Source: Candidatus Latescibacterota bacterium (GTDB taxonomy: Bacteria; Latescibacterota; UBA2968; UBA8231). Taken from it: a stretch of DNA of 64,000 nt. Below the pieces are notes generated by a model. The model had not been told where the DNA came from. It did no database searches and saw only the letters and a program-made list of their open reading frames with translations. Below are positions 29,721-39,247 of the stretch, piece by piece. How positions within the stretch are numbered: position 1 is the first letter of the stretch; every line of letters starts with the position of its first letter. Made by a program: the position numbers and the translations under genes. The stretch lies in assembly GCA_965203175.1 (NCBI GenBank), contig OZ241867.1, positions 3,328,001 through 3,392,000 on the forward strand, given 5' to 3'.

Positions 29721-32195
29721 CTAGAATCGCCGCTGGCCGCGCTCGAGTTTGAGCTGTGGGATGTCCTTTAACTGTAGCTTAAAAAAGAACGCCTGGTTTT
29801 TGTGGAAGGTGCTCGGCTGTACGTTGAGGGTCGCAGTCCAGTCGTGGAATTCCTTTTGCAGGGACAACAGCTCGGAAGTGAAGCGCTCGGTGGACAAAAG
29901 CCGCGTCCCCGGGGCGCGCAGATTGTAGTTGAGCGAATAATTGCAATGCCAGCTCGCCAAGCTAAAGCCGGCCGCGGCCCGTATCCAAGAGCGGATGAAG
30001 CCAGAGGTCGTAGTCGTGGCGCGGCGGTGCGAGATGTAGTGGCTGAGTTGGAAGCGGGCGCCGCGCCGGCGGTTGTCAATGTCGCGCATGAGGCCACTTT
30101 CAAAGCCGAAGGATTCCCGGCCACTGGAGGAGCCAAAGCTGCTCTGTCCGTAGGGGCTGGAGGAGCCGAAGCTGCTTTGTCCATAGGGGCTGGAGGAGCC
30201 GAAACCCCTCTGTCCATATCGGCTGGAAGAGTCAAAATCATCGAGTTGGTCGGCGTCCATGCGCGACGCTTGGGACCGCCGCGACCAGCTAGCTGAGGTC
30301 CGCACTTCAAGCTGCTTGCGACTCGGGGCCAACAGGTGCCGTTGGTTTTGCTCGTCGTAGAACTCGTGGCGCAAGGTCAACCGCGAATTTAGGTAGCGAC
30401 CTGCCTCGACGTTTAGGGTGGTCCGCAGGTCGTCTAGTTGACGCTCCTTTTTCTCAAAGTCATAGGCCGTATAAAAATTGAACTGGACTAGGCGCACTTT
30501 GTGTTCCTCCTCGTCGCGCAGGATTTTGGCCCAGAAGGTGTTGTCGAGGCGGAAGTCCAAGCGCCGCCGGTGTTGGAGCTGGCTGCCGTCGCCACCAAAT
30601 CCGAAGACGCCGCCGGTGTCGGCGCGGGAGGCTTGGTAGTTGAACGAGATGCTGGGTTTGAGTACGTGGCGCAGGGCTTGGAGCGGGCCGATGGATGGGT
30701 TGAAAAGGCCGTAGAAGGTCTGGCTCAAGGCTGCACGGGTTGAGAAGCGGTCGCTGCGCCGGCTGCGGGTTGCGCTCTCGCGCAGGTCCTGGTCGCTCCA
30801 GCTTTGGTTGAGCGACGGACTGAGGTTGAACCAAGAAAAGGGGCGGTACTGCGCGCTGACGCGCCAGTTCACTTGAGCCCTAGTTTTGCTGGTGGTGTCT
30901 GTGCGGCTGCCGCTCTGTGTGTTGCGCAGGCTGGCGTTGCCGTCGTAGTAAATGCGACTGTACCAGGGGCGATTTTGACGGCTTTGGCGGCTTTGGCCCC
31001 TTGGAGCTTGGCCCCAAATCGGCTTGCGGCTCTTGCGCAGGCTGAGCTCGGGCAGGACGGTGGAGAACCTCTCGGTGTCGAGGTATTTGGTCTGGCTCGC
31101 TTTTAGGCTGAAGCTATTGCCCGAGCCGCGCCAGCGCCGGGAGTAGCTGAGGTTGGAGCGCAGGGTGCGGTTGAGGCGGTCTTGGAGGCTTACACTGTTG
31201 TCTTGGGCAAAGCTGTTGTTGCTCTGGAAGGTGCCGTTGGCCCGCAGGCTCGCGTCTCGTCCTAGCTCTTGGCTGTGCCTGAATTCCAGCCGCCAGTTGC
31301 GCGAGGCCGTGCGGCCGTCTTGGCGGTTTTCAAACTGGGTTCTGACGTGGCCTCTGAATCGGTAGCGCGCGGAGTAGTTGAGGCGGGCACGCCCTAGCCA
31401 GCCCGAGCGCTGCCGTAAGTCGGCTGCGAGGGACAGATCCCAATAGTCGTTGGGTGCGAGGTAGTAGCCCAAGTTGCGCAGCTCCCACTCGCTTTGGCGC
31501 GCCCCAAATCTAAGGGTGCGTTGCCCAAAACTCGGCGTCAAAATTCCGGACTGGCGGTCTTCGCGCAGTGAGAATACATAGAAGGGAATCCACAACAGCC
31601 GCCGCTCCTTGATGCGGAAATACACCGGGCGCGCCACGGCCATGTCGCCGGCTATGACCTTGATCCGTGGGCTGTAGAAGTCGAAGTGCGGATGGTCGGC
31701 GTCGCACGTGGTGTACGAGCCTTGGTGGACGTGGAATTCGGTGCTGCTGCGGGTCTGGATCAAACGTCCGGCATAAAATCCCTTGTCGCGGTGGATCTTG
31801 CCTTTGAGGATGGTTCCTTGTTCGGTGGATAGGTTGTAGAGGATGCGCTCGCCGCGCAGGGTTTGGTCGCCTTTGCGCAACACCGGGCGGCCGACGACCC
31901 GCCCCAGCGAATCGAGGGCCGCTCGCGCTTCGACTTGGTCGAGGTCGCGGCGGAAGACGATCTCGGCGGCCTCTAGCTCAGCGCCCTTGTGCGAGACGCG
32001 GGCCTGTCCCTGCAACAGGAGCGAGTCGCCGACTTCGTAGTAGCGCATATAGGTGGCTTGGTAGGCAAAGCCTTGGTCTTTGTCTTGGCCCTTGGCTTGG
32101 GTCAGCAGGGAGCGGGCCTCTTGCAGTTGGGTATCGGACGCCTCGCTGACGTGCGGATAGGCGAGGGCAAGGCAGAGGATTAGCAGGCCGATCAT
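29721..32195 (-). CDS. lptD: LPS-assembly protein LptD-like outer-membrane protein
   Basis: Signal peptide, OstA-like N-terminal region, YTTCD..PH, RQSGILTP, beta-strand-rich C-terminus. Confidence 0.8.
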   Translation of the reverse strand: MIGLLILCLALAYPHVSEASDTQLQEARSLLTQAKGQDKDQGFAYQATYMRYYEVGDSLLLQGQARVSHKGAELEAAEIVFRRDLDQVEARAALDSLGRVVGRPVLRKGDQTLRGERILYNLSTEQGTILKGKIHRDKGFYAGRLIQTRSSTEFHVHQGSYTTCDADHPHFDFYSPRIKVIAGDMAVARPVYFRIKERRLLWIPFYVFSLREDRQSGILTPSFGQRTLRFGARQSEWELRNLGYYLAPNDYWDLSLAADLRQRSGWLGRARLNYSARYRFRGHVRTQFENRQDGRTASRNWRLEFRHSQELGRDASLRANGTFQSNNSFAQDNSVSLQDRLNRTLRSNLSYSRRWRGSGNSFSLKASQTKYLDTERFSTVLPELSLRKSRKPIWGQAPRGQSRQSRQNRPWYSRIYYDGNASLRNTQSGSRTDTTSKTRAQVNWRVSAQYRPFSWFNLSPSLNQSWSDQDLRESATRSRRSDRFSTRAALSQTFYGLFNPSIGPLQALRHVLKPSISFNYQASRADTGGVFGFGGDGSQLQHRRRLDFRLDNTFWAKILRDEEEHKVRLVQFNFYTAYDFEKKERQLDDLRTTLNVEAGRYLNSRLTLRHEFYDEQNQRHLLAPSRKQLEVRTSASWSRRSQASRMDADQLDDFDSSSRYGQRGFGSSSPYGQSSFGSSSPYGQSSFGSSSGRESFGFESGLMRDIDNRRRGARFQLSHYISHRRATTTTSGFIRSWIRAAAGFSLASWHCNYSLNYNLRAPGTRLLSTERFTSELLSLQKEFHDWTATLNVQPSTFHKNQAFFFKLQLKDIPQLKLERGQRRF
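30124..30233. repeat. 33-bp in-frame tandem repeat x3 (FGSSSPYGQSS-like) in lptD
   Basis: ctggaggagcc... units at 30124, 30157, 30190. Confidence 0.9.
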
Positions 32196-32935
32196 GGCTG
32201 GCGCTGGCGCAATACTTCGTACAGGGCAATGCCGGCGGCCACAGAGGCGTTGAGCGAGCCGATGGCCTCGCGCTGCATGGGGATGTGCAAGAGCGCGTCG
32301 CAGCGCTTTTGCACCATGCGCCGCAGTCCCTTGCCCTCGCTGCCGATGACTAGGGCGCAGGGCTGGGCAAGGTCTGCGGTCGTCAAGGGCTGTTCGCCTT
32401 GGGCGTCGAGTCCGGCGATGAAAAGTCCACAATTTGCGGCTTTTTGCAGGGCCTTTTGCAAGTTGTCAACTCGGCAGACGGGTAGGTGTTGGGCTGCACC
32501 GGCGGCGGCCTTGAGCGCGGCTGGCGAGAGGCCGGCGGCAGACCGGGCGGGCACGACTACGCCTTGCGCACCGAGCGCGTGGGCGCTGCGGATGATGGCA
32601 CCGAGGTTGTGAGGATCTTGCACCTGGTCGAGGAAGATGAGTAAGGCCGGGGCCGACAGATGGTCGAGTACGTGGTCGAAGTCCGCGTACGTTGCGGCGG
32701 CTGCGTAGGCGACGACGCTTTGGTGGCGGGGGCCGGCGAGGCGGTCGAGCTGGGCCTTGTCGCGCAGGTCATAGGGGATGTGGGCCTGCCGCGCGCGGGT
32801 GAAAATTTCGTCGATGACTGGGCCGTGCGCGCCTTTGGCGACGAGCAGGCGACGCAAAGGGCGCTCGGCGCGGAGGGCTTCGAGTACGGGGTGGCGGCCC
32901 CAGATTAGATCGTCGGGTGTTTGTTTATCGGACAT
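32192..32935 (-). CDS. rlmB: 23S rRNA (guanosine2251-2'-O)-methyltransferase
   Basis: GRHPVLEAL, QDPHNLGAIIRSA, GSEGKG, IPM..SLNASVA. Confidence 0.95.
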   Translation of the reverse strand: MSDKQTPDDLIWGRHPVLEALRAERPLRRLLVAKGAHGPVIDEIFTRARQAHIPYDLRDKAQLDRLAGPRHQSVVAYAAAATYADFDHVLDHLSAPALLIFLDQVQDPHNLGAIIRSAHALGAQGVVVPARSAAGLSPAALKAAAGAAQHLPVCRVDNLQKALQKAANCGLFIAGLDAQGEQPLTTADLAQPCALVIGSEGKGLRRMVQKRCDALLHIPMQREAIGSLNASVAAGIALYEVLRQRQP

Positions 32936-33079
32936 GAATTAGCTGAGCTCGGCTCGTGCAGACGGCAGAGCAGGTCTATTAGGAAATTACTCAACGTAAA
33001 AATACTCGATGTGCAGGTTAGATGGTAGGGATGCTGGCAGCAGCGACTCGACGATGCACTCTGGCAGCGCGGAGAAAAT

Positions 33080-33129
33080 TGGACAAAACCTCACATTTTT
33101 AGCATACTATGTCCACTGATTGTGGACAT
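33080..33129 (+). promoter_or_regulatory. Putative abiE promoter with palindromic operator
   Basis: TGGACA-17-CATACT; ATGTCCAC-N5-GTGGACAT at 33109-33129. Confidence 0.6.
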
Positions 33130-33153
33130 TGATGTATATTATTGCGGTACAAA

Positions 33154-33807
33154 ATGCTTGAAACGACCCCATTGCGGCAGCAGATCGCTCGAGATGTCTT
33201 CGATTACCAGCAGCTGGTCGCCTGTTTGTCCCAGTTTAGCAAGCCCCGCGACAAAATCCGCAGATTGTTAGCTAGTGGAGAAATCGTGCGCATTAGGAAG
33301 GGCTTGTACGCCTTTGGCGAGCCCCTCCGACGAGCCCCTATCAGCCGGGAACTGCTGGCCAATCTGATCTATGGGCCTTCCTACATAAGCCTAGACTACG
33401 CCCTGAGCTACCACGGGCTCATACCGGAACGCGTCGAGACCGTCACCTCGGTGACATTGGGGCGGTCGCGCACCTTCACTACGCCCTACGGAATGTTCTC
33501 CTACCGTCGCTTGAGTCAGAGCCGCTACGTCGTTGGGGGCCTTCTAGCAGAGCACGGCGATCTGTCCTTCCTGATCGCTTCCCCAGAAAAGGCACTGGTG
33601 GATAAAGTATGGGCCGACAAGCGCTTCGACGGGACTCGCTTGGCGACCTATGGTTCGTATTTGCTGGATGACCTGCGGCTGGATCCCGCCCGGTTGGCCG
33701 TCCTCGACCGCGATCGCCTCGATGCGATAGCGAGAGCCTACGATTCGCGGAAGCTCTATTGGCTCATGCGCTACCTACAGACGCTAAGGGAGCAGAGCCA
33801 TGCATGA
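33154..33807 (+). CDS. Type IV TA antitoxin AbiEi-like
   Basis: RIRKGLY, PSYISL..ALSYHGLIPE, IASPEKAL. Confidence 0.85.
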   Translation: MLETTPLRQQIARDVFDYQQLVACLSQFSKPRDKIRRLLASGEIVRIRKGLYAFGEPLRRAPISRELLANLIYGPSYISLDYALSYHGLIPERVETVTSVTLGRSRTFTTPYGMFSYRRLSQSRYVVGGLLAEHGDLSFLIASPEKALVDKVWADKRFDGTRLATYGSYLLDDLRLDPARLAVLDRDRLDAIARAYDSRKLYWLMRYLQTLREQSHA

Positions 33808-34666
33808 GGCCATTCGTCCCATGCTCGACCGATACGCACCTGAAACGCGCGACGATTACGTCAATGCGCTGCGGGAGATACTACAGGAACTGGCGTTGCT
33901 CGGCCTCTGGCGCAGCAAGTTTTTCGAGCATGCCGCCTTCTACGGAGGCACGGCCCTGCGCGTACTCTACGGCCTAGATCGCTATTCCGAGGACATTGAT
34001 TTCTCGTTGCTGGCACCCGACCCGGGATTTTCGCTTGGGCAATATGGCGAGTCCCTGTTGCGCGAGATCAGCAGTTTTGGCTTTAGCGTCGAGTTTGAGC
34101 ACAGAGAGCCGACCCGGCAGACGGCTATTGAGTCGGCCTTTCTCAAGGCCCATACGCTCAAACAGTTGCTCGTCATCGAAGCAGACGCCGAACGATTCCC
34201 CGGCTTGCATCTTGGGTCGGCTCTGCGGATCAAACTCGAAGTGGACACCGACCCACCCGGCGGCTTTGAGACTGAGAGCCGCTATTTGCTGCAACCTATT
34301 CCGTTTGCGGTGCGCGTTTATAGCCTGCCCGATCTGTTCGCTGGTAAGCTACACGCCATCCTGTGCCGGAGGTGGCAGACGCGCGTCAAGGGGCGAGACT
34401 GGTACGATCTAGTCTGGTACGCCGGCCGTCATCCACAGGTGCGTCTGAGCCATCTAGAGGAGCGCATGAGGCAATCGGGCGATTATCGGGACGAGATGCC
34501 TTTGACGCGAGGTCGCCTAATGGAACTCTTGCGCCAAGCGGTTGACCAACTCGATGTTGGGCGCGCCCAGGACGATGTGGTCCGGTTTGTGCGCGACCCG
34601 CGAACCATCGATGTTTGGTCGCGGGATTTCTTCCGCGAGGTCGTCCAACGCATCGAAATATGTTAG
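33800..34666 (+). CDS. AbiEii/AbiGii nucleotidyltransferase toxin
   Basis: FYGGTALR..R.SEDIDFS, KLHA, KGRDWYD. Confidence 0.92.
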   Translation: MHEAIRPMLDRYAPETRDDYVNALREILQELALLGLWRSKFFEHAAFYGGTALRVLYGLDRYSEDIDFSLLAPDPGFSLGQYGESLLREISSFGFSVEFEHREPTRQTAIESAFLKAHTLKQLLVIEADAERFPGLHLGSALRIKLEVDTDPPGGFETESRYLLQPIPFAVRVYSLPDLFAGKLHAILCRRWQTRVKGRDWYDLVWYAGRHPQVRLSHLEERMRQSGDYRDEMPLTRGRLMELLRQAVDQLDVGRAQDDVVRFVRDPRTIDVWSRDFFREVVQRIEIC

Positions 34667-34726
34667 AAGCCGTCTGAACATTCTGAGAGTGGCCCTTGAG
34701 GGCAGACGATCCCCACTGGATGTCAC

Positions 34727-35863
34727 CTAAAGGCGCGGTGAAACCCGCTTGCGCGGGAATGACGGGTGTGTAATGTCAGAAGTCGCATCAGTCTCAACCG
34801 GCCCCCTCAATCCCTGCTCGACCTTATTGCGAGGCTGCTGAAGCAACTCTCCGGCCTTGCTTGGTGAAATGAGGCCTTCGGCCAGCGCCCAATAACAAAG
34901 CCGCTCAAACCGTCGCGGCACCTCGTGCTGTCCTTCTCCGCCGTTCTCCTCCAGCGGTTCTGGCTCGTTAGAGCGCCATCCACGCGCAAAGGTCTGGAAC
35001 GCATAGGCAAGCGTCGATTCATTGATTATGCCTACTTGTTTGAATCGCACGAGCAGCGTTGCCGCGCTAACCCGGTACATCCACTTGAGTTGGATCAGTT
35101 CTTGGTAGCCGATGGCCTTGCGGGCCTCTCCAATCTCTCTGACGAGATGATCTCGCGGAATGAGAAAAGCTCCCGCAAAGACATTAGATGCTTTTTCGTG
35201 GTCCACTGGAGAGTTTTGGTCGATTAGCCGGTGTGCCAGCTCGTGGACCAGCGTAAACCGCCGCCTTTCAAGCGTGGCTTTCCGGTTTACGACAATCACT
35301 GGGACTTTTTCTTTTTGATGTTGCCGGTGGACTAGGCAGGTTAAGCCCGACACGCGCTCCGGCAATTCGATCACCAAGACCTTGATTCCCCAGTCCTCAA
35401 GCAGGGCGGTCATGTTCGGGATGGGATCGATACCGAGTTGCCATTCTTTGCGCAGATCCTCGGCGACGCTCTCGCCCTCATTTTCTTGATGGAGGAAGCG
35501 ATTCCCGAATTGCGGCGCACGCCATACCCCGCTATCTAGACCCAGAATTTCCTCAATGGTCAGATAGCGTTGCAGACAGTCGATCACTTCAGCCGACACC
35601 CGCGCTCTTGCGCCGACCGATGTTCCGGAAAGCTTCCGAAATTCCACCGCCTCAAGCTCTTCGACCTCTTCGCTCAGCAGGTATTCAAGGGACACGCCGA
35701 GTGTCTTGGTTAGCCGAATTAGGACGTCGGAACCCGGCATCATCTCACCTCGCTCGTATTTCCCGAGGGCTTGGGCGGTGACGTGGCCGTCCAGTGCATC
35801 CGACAACCCGCGCAGCGAATAACCGGACTTTTTTCTGGCAAGTTTTAGGCGATCTCCAAACAT
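34727..35863 (-). CDS. XRE HTH fused to ImmA/IrrE metallopeptidase
   Basis: MFGDRLKLAR..KYERGE HTH; RRFTLVHELAH; FAGAFL.P. Confidence 0.9.
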   Translation of the reverse strand: MFGDRLKLARKKSGYSLRGLSDALDGHVTAQALGKYERGEMMPGSDVLIRLTKTLGVSLEYLLSEEVEELEAVEFRKLSGTSVGARARVSAEVIDCLQRYLTIEEILGLDSGVWRAPQFGNRFLHQENEGESVAEDLRKEWQLGIDPIPNMTALLEDWGIKVLVIELPERVSGLTCLVHRQHQKEKVPVIVVNRKATLERRRFTLVHELAHRLIDQNSPVDHEKASNVFAGAFLIPRDHLVREIGEARKAIGYQELIQLKWMYRVSAATLLVRFKQVGIINESTLAYAFQTFARGWRSNEPEPLEENGGEGQHEVPRRFERLCYWALAEGLISPSKAGELLQQPRNKVEQGLRGPVETDATSDITHPSFPRKRVSPRL

Positions 35864-35980
35864 GTGACTCCTAATTCTGAAGTTTACATTTTTAAAATAT
35901 ATACTATAAGTGTAAACATAATCAACCAAACATCGCAGGGATGGTTAGCAAAAGATATCTGATTAGGAGGTTACTGTAAG

Positions 35981-36155
35981 ATGGCGAAACGCAATCAGCA
36001 TGTCGTTCCGCACAATAGCGGATGGGCCATTCGAGGTGAGGTAATCAGTGCGTCAGTTCGCTCGGAGACAGGGCAGCGAATTGCTTGTCCACGGTAGGGA
36101 TGGACGCATTCGGGAACGCAACTCTTACGGCAACGACCCGTTCCCGCCTAGGGGC
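35981..36155 (+). pseudogene. DUF2188 protein, internally deleted/frameshifted
   Basis: AGGAGG RBS; MAKRNQHVVPHNSGWAIRGE then, in another frame, ARRQGSELLVHGRDGRIRERNSYGNDPFPPRG. Confidence 0.8.
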
Positions 36156-36171
36156 TGCTTAGAGAAAAAAG

Positions 36172-37656
36172 TCATTCGCCTCCTCGGTTGTCGAGATCTT
36201 GCAACCTCTGCTCTATCGAGGCGACGAGGCTGGCATCGCCAGCCTTACGTGCCAAATCGCGCGCCTTCTTGAAATCCTGCCGCGCTTCGTCTATTAAATC
36301 CAACGCGGCCTTCGCAATGCCTCGATTGTTGTAGGTTTCAGCGTCGTTTGGTTTCAGGCGAACCGCCTCATCATAATCGGCAATTGCAGCTTCGTGGCGA
36401 CCCAGTTCGCTCTGTGCTCTGCCCCGGTTGAAATAGGCGTCGGCATAGTTCGATTGCCAGTGGATCGCTTGGTTATAGTCGGCGATGGCGTCCTCGTATC
36501 GCCCCAATTCGCCTTTCGCAATGCCTCGATTGTTGTAGGCTTCAGCGTAGTCCGGCTTCCGGTGAATCGCTTGGTTATAGTCGGCGATGGTGTCCTCGTA
36601 TCGCCCCAGTTTGATCTGCGCGTTGCCCCGGTTGAAATAGGCATTGACATGGTTCGATTGCCAGCGGATCGCTTGATTAAAATCGGCGATGGCGTCCTCG
36701 TATCGCCCTAATTCGCCCTTCGCAATGCCTCGATTGTTGTAGATTTCAGCGTCGTTTGGTTTCAGGCGAATCGCCTCATCATAATCAGCAATTGCAGCTT
36801 CGTGGCGATCCAGTTTGCGCTGTGCATTGCCCCGATTGAAATAGGCATTGACATGGTTCGATTGCCAGCGGATCGCTTGGTTATAGTCGGCGATGGCGTC
36901 CTCGTATCGCCCCAATTCGCCCTTCGCAACGCCTCGGTTATTGTAAGCTTTGGCATAATCCGGTCTCAGACGGATCGCTTGGTCGTATGCGGCAATCTTA
37001 TCTTCGGGCTTTTCCTGTGAAAGAAGATAACCGACGGAAAAGTGAGCTCTGGCGGCGAGTTCCCTATCGACTTCTTCAAAAGCATCGGCGATACCGTGCC
37101 ATATCTTAATGGCTTCTTCTCTCTTTCCCTGATCTTGGAGAAAAACCGCCTCAGCGATTGCCTTATCTGTCGAGGATGCTCGGGGATTTTCGCGGATATC
37201 TTCTACGACCTGCTTCGCTTTGGTCGGGTCATCGGCAGCAGTCTCAGCGTTCATGCCCTGTATAATCTCATCGGATTTATCGCGGTTCCTCTCAATCTCT
37301 TCAAGGTAGCGTTGAGCCTGAGTCTTGAACTCTTCAAATTTCTTGAAACCAAATACACTCGCGAGAAAGGCCGCAATAGGAATGGCAATACTGAAAAACG
37401 TAAGGACAATGGCGACGACAAAGAGCCATCGGTCAATATATGTTGCCCGGTCTTCTAAAAGCTTCTGCTGACGTTCGTTGAAGCGTCGCTCGAATTCGTT
37501 AAAGCGTCGCTGGATTTCGACCTCGACTGCGGCAGGTGTCGCCGGTTTGGCAGTTGGTTCGCTAGATGTGGACACGTCAGCGTCTGTCAATTGCTCATCG
37601 GGTGTCGGGTCAGCATCGCTGGTCGCAGCCTCATCTGCTGTCGGTGCGTTTTCCAT
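36172..37656 (-). CDS. Membrane-anchored tetratricopeptide repeat protein
   Basis: One TM segment, then about 8 TPRs (AYNNRG.AK..LG..EDAIADY..AI). Confidence 0.9.
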   Translation of the reverse strand: MENAPTADEAATSDADPTPDEQLTDADVSTSSEPTAKPATPAAVEVEIQRRFNEFERRFNERQQKLLEDRATYIDRWLFVVAIVLTFFSIAIPIAAFLASVFGFKKFEEFKTQAQRYLEEIERNRDKSDEIIQGMNAETAADDPTKAKQVVEDIRENPRASSTDKAIAEAVFLQDQGKREEAIKIWHGIADAFEEVDRELAARAHFSVGYLLSQEKPEDKIAAYDQAIRLRPDYAKAYNNRGVAKGELGRYEDAIADYNQAIRWQSNHVNAYFNRGNAQRKLDRHEAAIADYDEAIRLKPNDAEIYNNRGIAKGELGRYEDAIADFNQAIRWQSNHVNAYFNRGNAQIKLGRYEDTIADYNQAIHRKPDYAEAYNNRGIAKGELGRYEDAIADYNQAIHWQSNYADAYFNRGRAQSELGRHEAAIADYDEAVRLKPNDAETYNNRGIAKAALDLIDEARQDFKKARDLARKAGDASLVASIEQRLQDLDNRGGE

Positions 37657-38900
37657 GGCAGTCCCAACCCATAGAGCAAGAGCGTTGCCGGATACCGTTG
37701 CAACTCAGGCCAAAAATTTGAGCTGCCGCTCAATGGTGTCGAACCAAGACGTTCTAGCGCTCGTTGCCATACCGGATAGTGCTCTTCTTCTGCCCAATAG
37801 CCTCCGGTCATCGCCATCGCTAACAATATCGAACAGGCCGCCTCATATCCGCGCACACGCGCCGTCACCAACTCAGTGGTCGGATCTGGATCTCCGTTCG
37901 CGGAGAAAGCTTGGCCAGACGTCACCTCAACAACTTGCTCAACTGTGTTATTGATAAGGTCCGACAGTTGAATTCGATATCGAGGCTCGGGAATGTAGCG
38001 CTTCAAACTTGCTACGGCGGCTTCGGTCGAGAGAGGATGAGGTCTCGAAAACTCCTCAATGGATTCGACTTGTTGCTGGACCTCATGGAAAAATGTATCA
38101 GCGTTTTTGATGGAAATTACCTGAGCTCTACGATGGTCAATCAGTCTTTGTGCTTTGTCTTCCGGCTCGCCCCGCACTGCCCAGTATGTCGTGAACCGAC
38201 GCGATGGCGCACGGCACATCGCCTTGCGCAACGCACTATCCCACTCTGCTGACCAGCCACATACGATCAGGCCGAACTCATCGAAGATGCGATCTAAGAG
38301 TTGATCGAACGCGGGCGGATACTGATCGAGTTCAGCAGGGGCATTCCTAATGCGGGTATCGAGATAATCACCGTTTACCTTAAAGACACAGCATGGTGTG
38401 TGAATCAATGGGAGTGCGCCCTGAACCTGATCGGGGGAACTCAGAACCGTCGGTACAACTCCTGCCTCGGTGAGGGCGGTTTCCACGAGACGGTCAAAAT
38501 TCGTAGTGATGATGACTTTTATGAATCCTTGTGCAACTAGTTTTGCGATGGCGCGGTGTGCTGCCGTAGGCTGTTTCTCACCTTCCTCGCGCTCTTGGTC
38601 GTTCGGTTCAAAATACGCACGAAGTAACTGCTGTCGCTCGGCTTGCGTCTTGGCTAGTTCATTGAGAAAGTCAGAGTAAGACGCCTCCTTTTCGAATTTC
38701 TCCCGATACCAGTGTTCTATGTCGGAATCACTCGTCTCTCTGGGATGCTCTCCTAGCTTGCGAATCAGATCGAGCGTTATCTCCCAACCCGTGGGAATAT
38801 TCGCTGCCCGAGATACACCCGAACCGACAAGGACAGCGTAAACGCCAGGATTGGCCTGCATCGAAAATGCTAGCGAATGGATCGGGTCAATCATGGTCAT
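37587..38900 (-). CDS. SIR2-like (SIR2_2) domain protein, possibly 3'-truncated
   Basis: LVGSGVSRAA.IPTGW, IITTNFDRL.E, KVNGD, CGWSAEWD. Confidence 0.85.
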   Translation of the reverse strand: MTMIDPIHSLAFSMQANPGVYAVLVGSGVSRAANIPTGWEITLDLIRKLGEHPRETSDSDIEHWYREKFEKEASYSDFLNELAKTQAERQQLLRAYFEPNDQEREEGEKQPTAAHRAIAKLVAQGFIKVIITTNFDRLVETALTEAGVVPTVLSSPDQVQGALPLIHTPCCVFKVNGDYLDTRIRNAPAELDQYPPAFDQLLDRIFDEFGLIVCGWSAEWDSALRKAMCRAPSRRFTTYWAVRGEPEDKAQRLIDHRRAQVISIKNADTFFHEVQQQVESIEEFSRPHPLSTEAAVASLKRYIPEPRYRIQLSDLINNTVEQVVEVTSGQAFSANGDPDPTTELVTARVRGYEAACSILLAMAMTGGYWAEEEHYPVWQRALERLGSTPLSGSSNFWPELQRYPATLLLYGLGLPWKTHRQQMRLRPAMLTRHPMSN

Positions 38901-38928
38901 ACGGATATTTCCGTGCCTCAAGCTGCAT
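38887..38928 (-). pseudogene. N-terminal stub of HEPN/DUF86 toxin
   Basis: MQLEARKYPYDHD* starts overlapping the MNT stop, resembling MNT-HepT pairs. Confidence 0.55.
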
Positions 38929-39223
38929 AGAGCAACGTCTTAGTCTCGTCAATGCGTTGCCGGAAAAAGGGATTCTTGATGGCCGAATCGACGACGAGAT
39001 CTACCGGATGTCCAAAGAGCAACTCCAGAGCCTCCAGCAGCCCGAAGTAAGCGTCGGCGTATTCTCCCGAAGCCAGCGTTCGGAATTCAACCAAGAAATC
39101 CAAGTCGCTTTCGCCATGGTAGTTGCTGGTGGCAGCCGAGCCGAACAAGTCAAGCCGCAGAACGCGGTAACGGATGCAGAGTTGCTGTAACTCGCCGACC
39201 CGCTCCTCGACAATAGCTATCAT
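38918..39223 (-). CDS. Minimal nucleotidyltransferase (MNT/MntA antitoxin)
   Basis: LFGSAA..SDLDFLVEF..LFGHPVDLV..NPFF. Confidence 0.9.
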   Translation of the reverse strand: MIAIVEERVGELQQLCIRYRVLRLDLFGSAATSNYHGESDLDFLVEFRTLASGEYADAYFGLLEALELLFGHPVDLVVDSAIKNPFFRQRIDETKTLLYAA

Positions 39224-39247
39224 CGGATGCTCTCTGATTAAATGTGT

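Noticed and set aside
34669-34678. Neisseria DNA uptake sequence GCCGTCTGAA
   Set aside because: Seen only as part of IS5 terminal repeats, not dispersed through the window.
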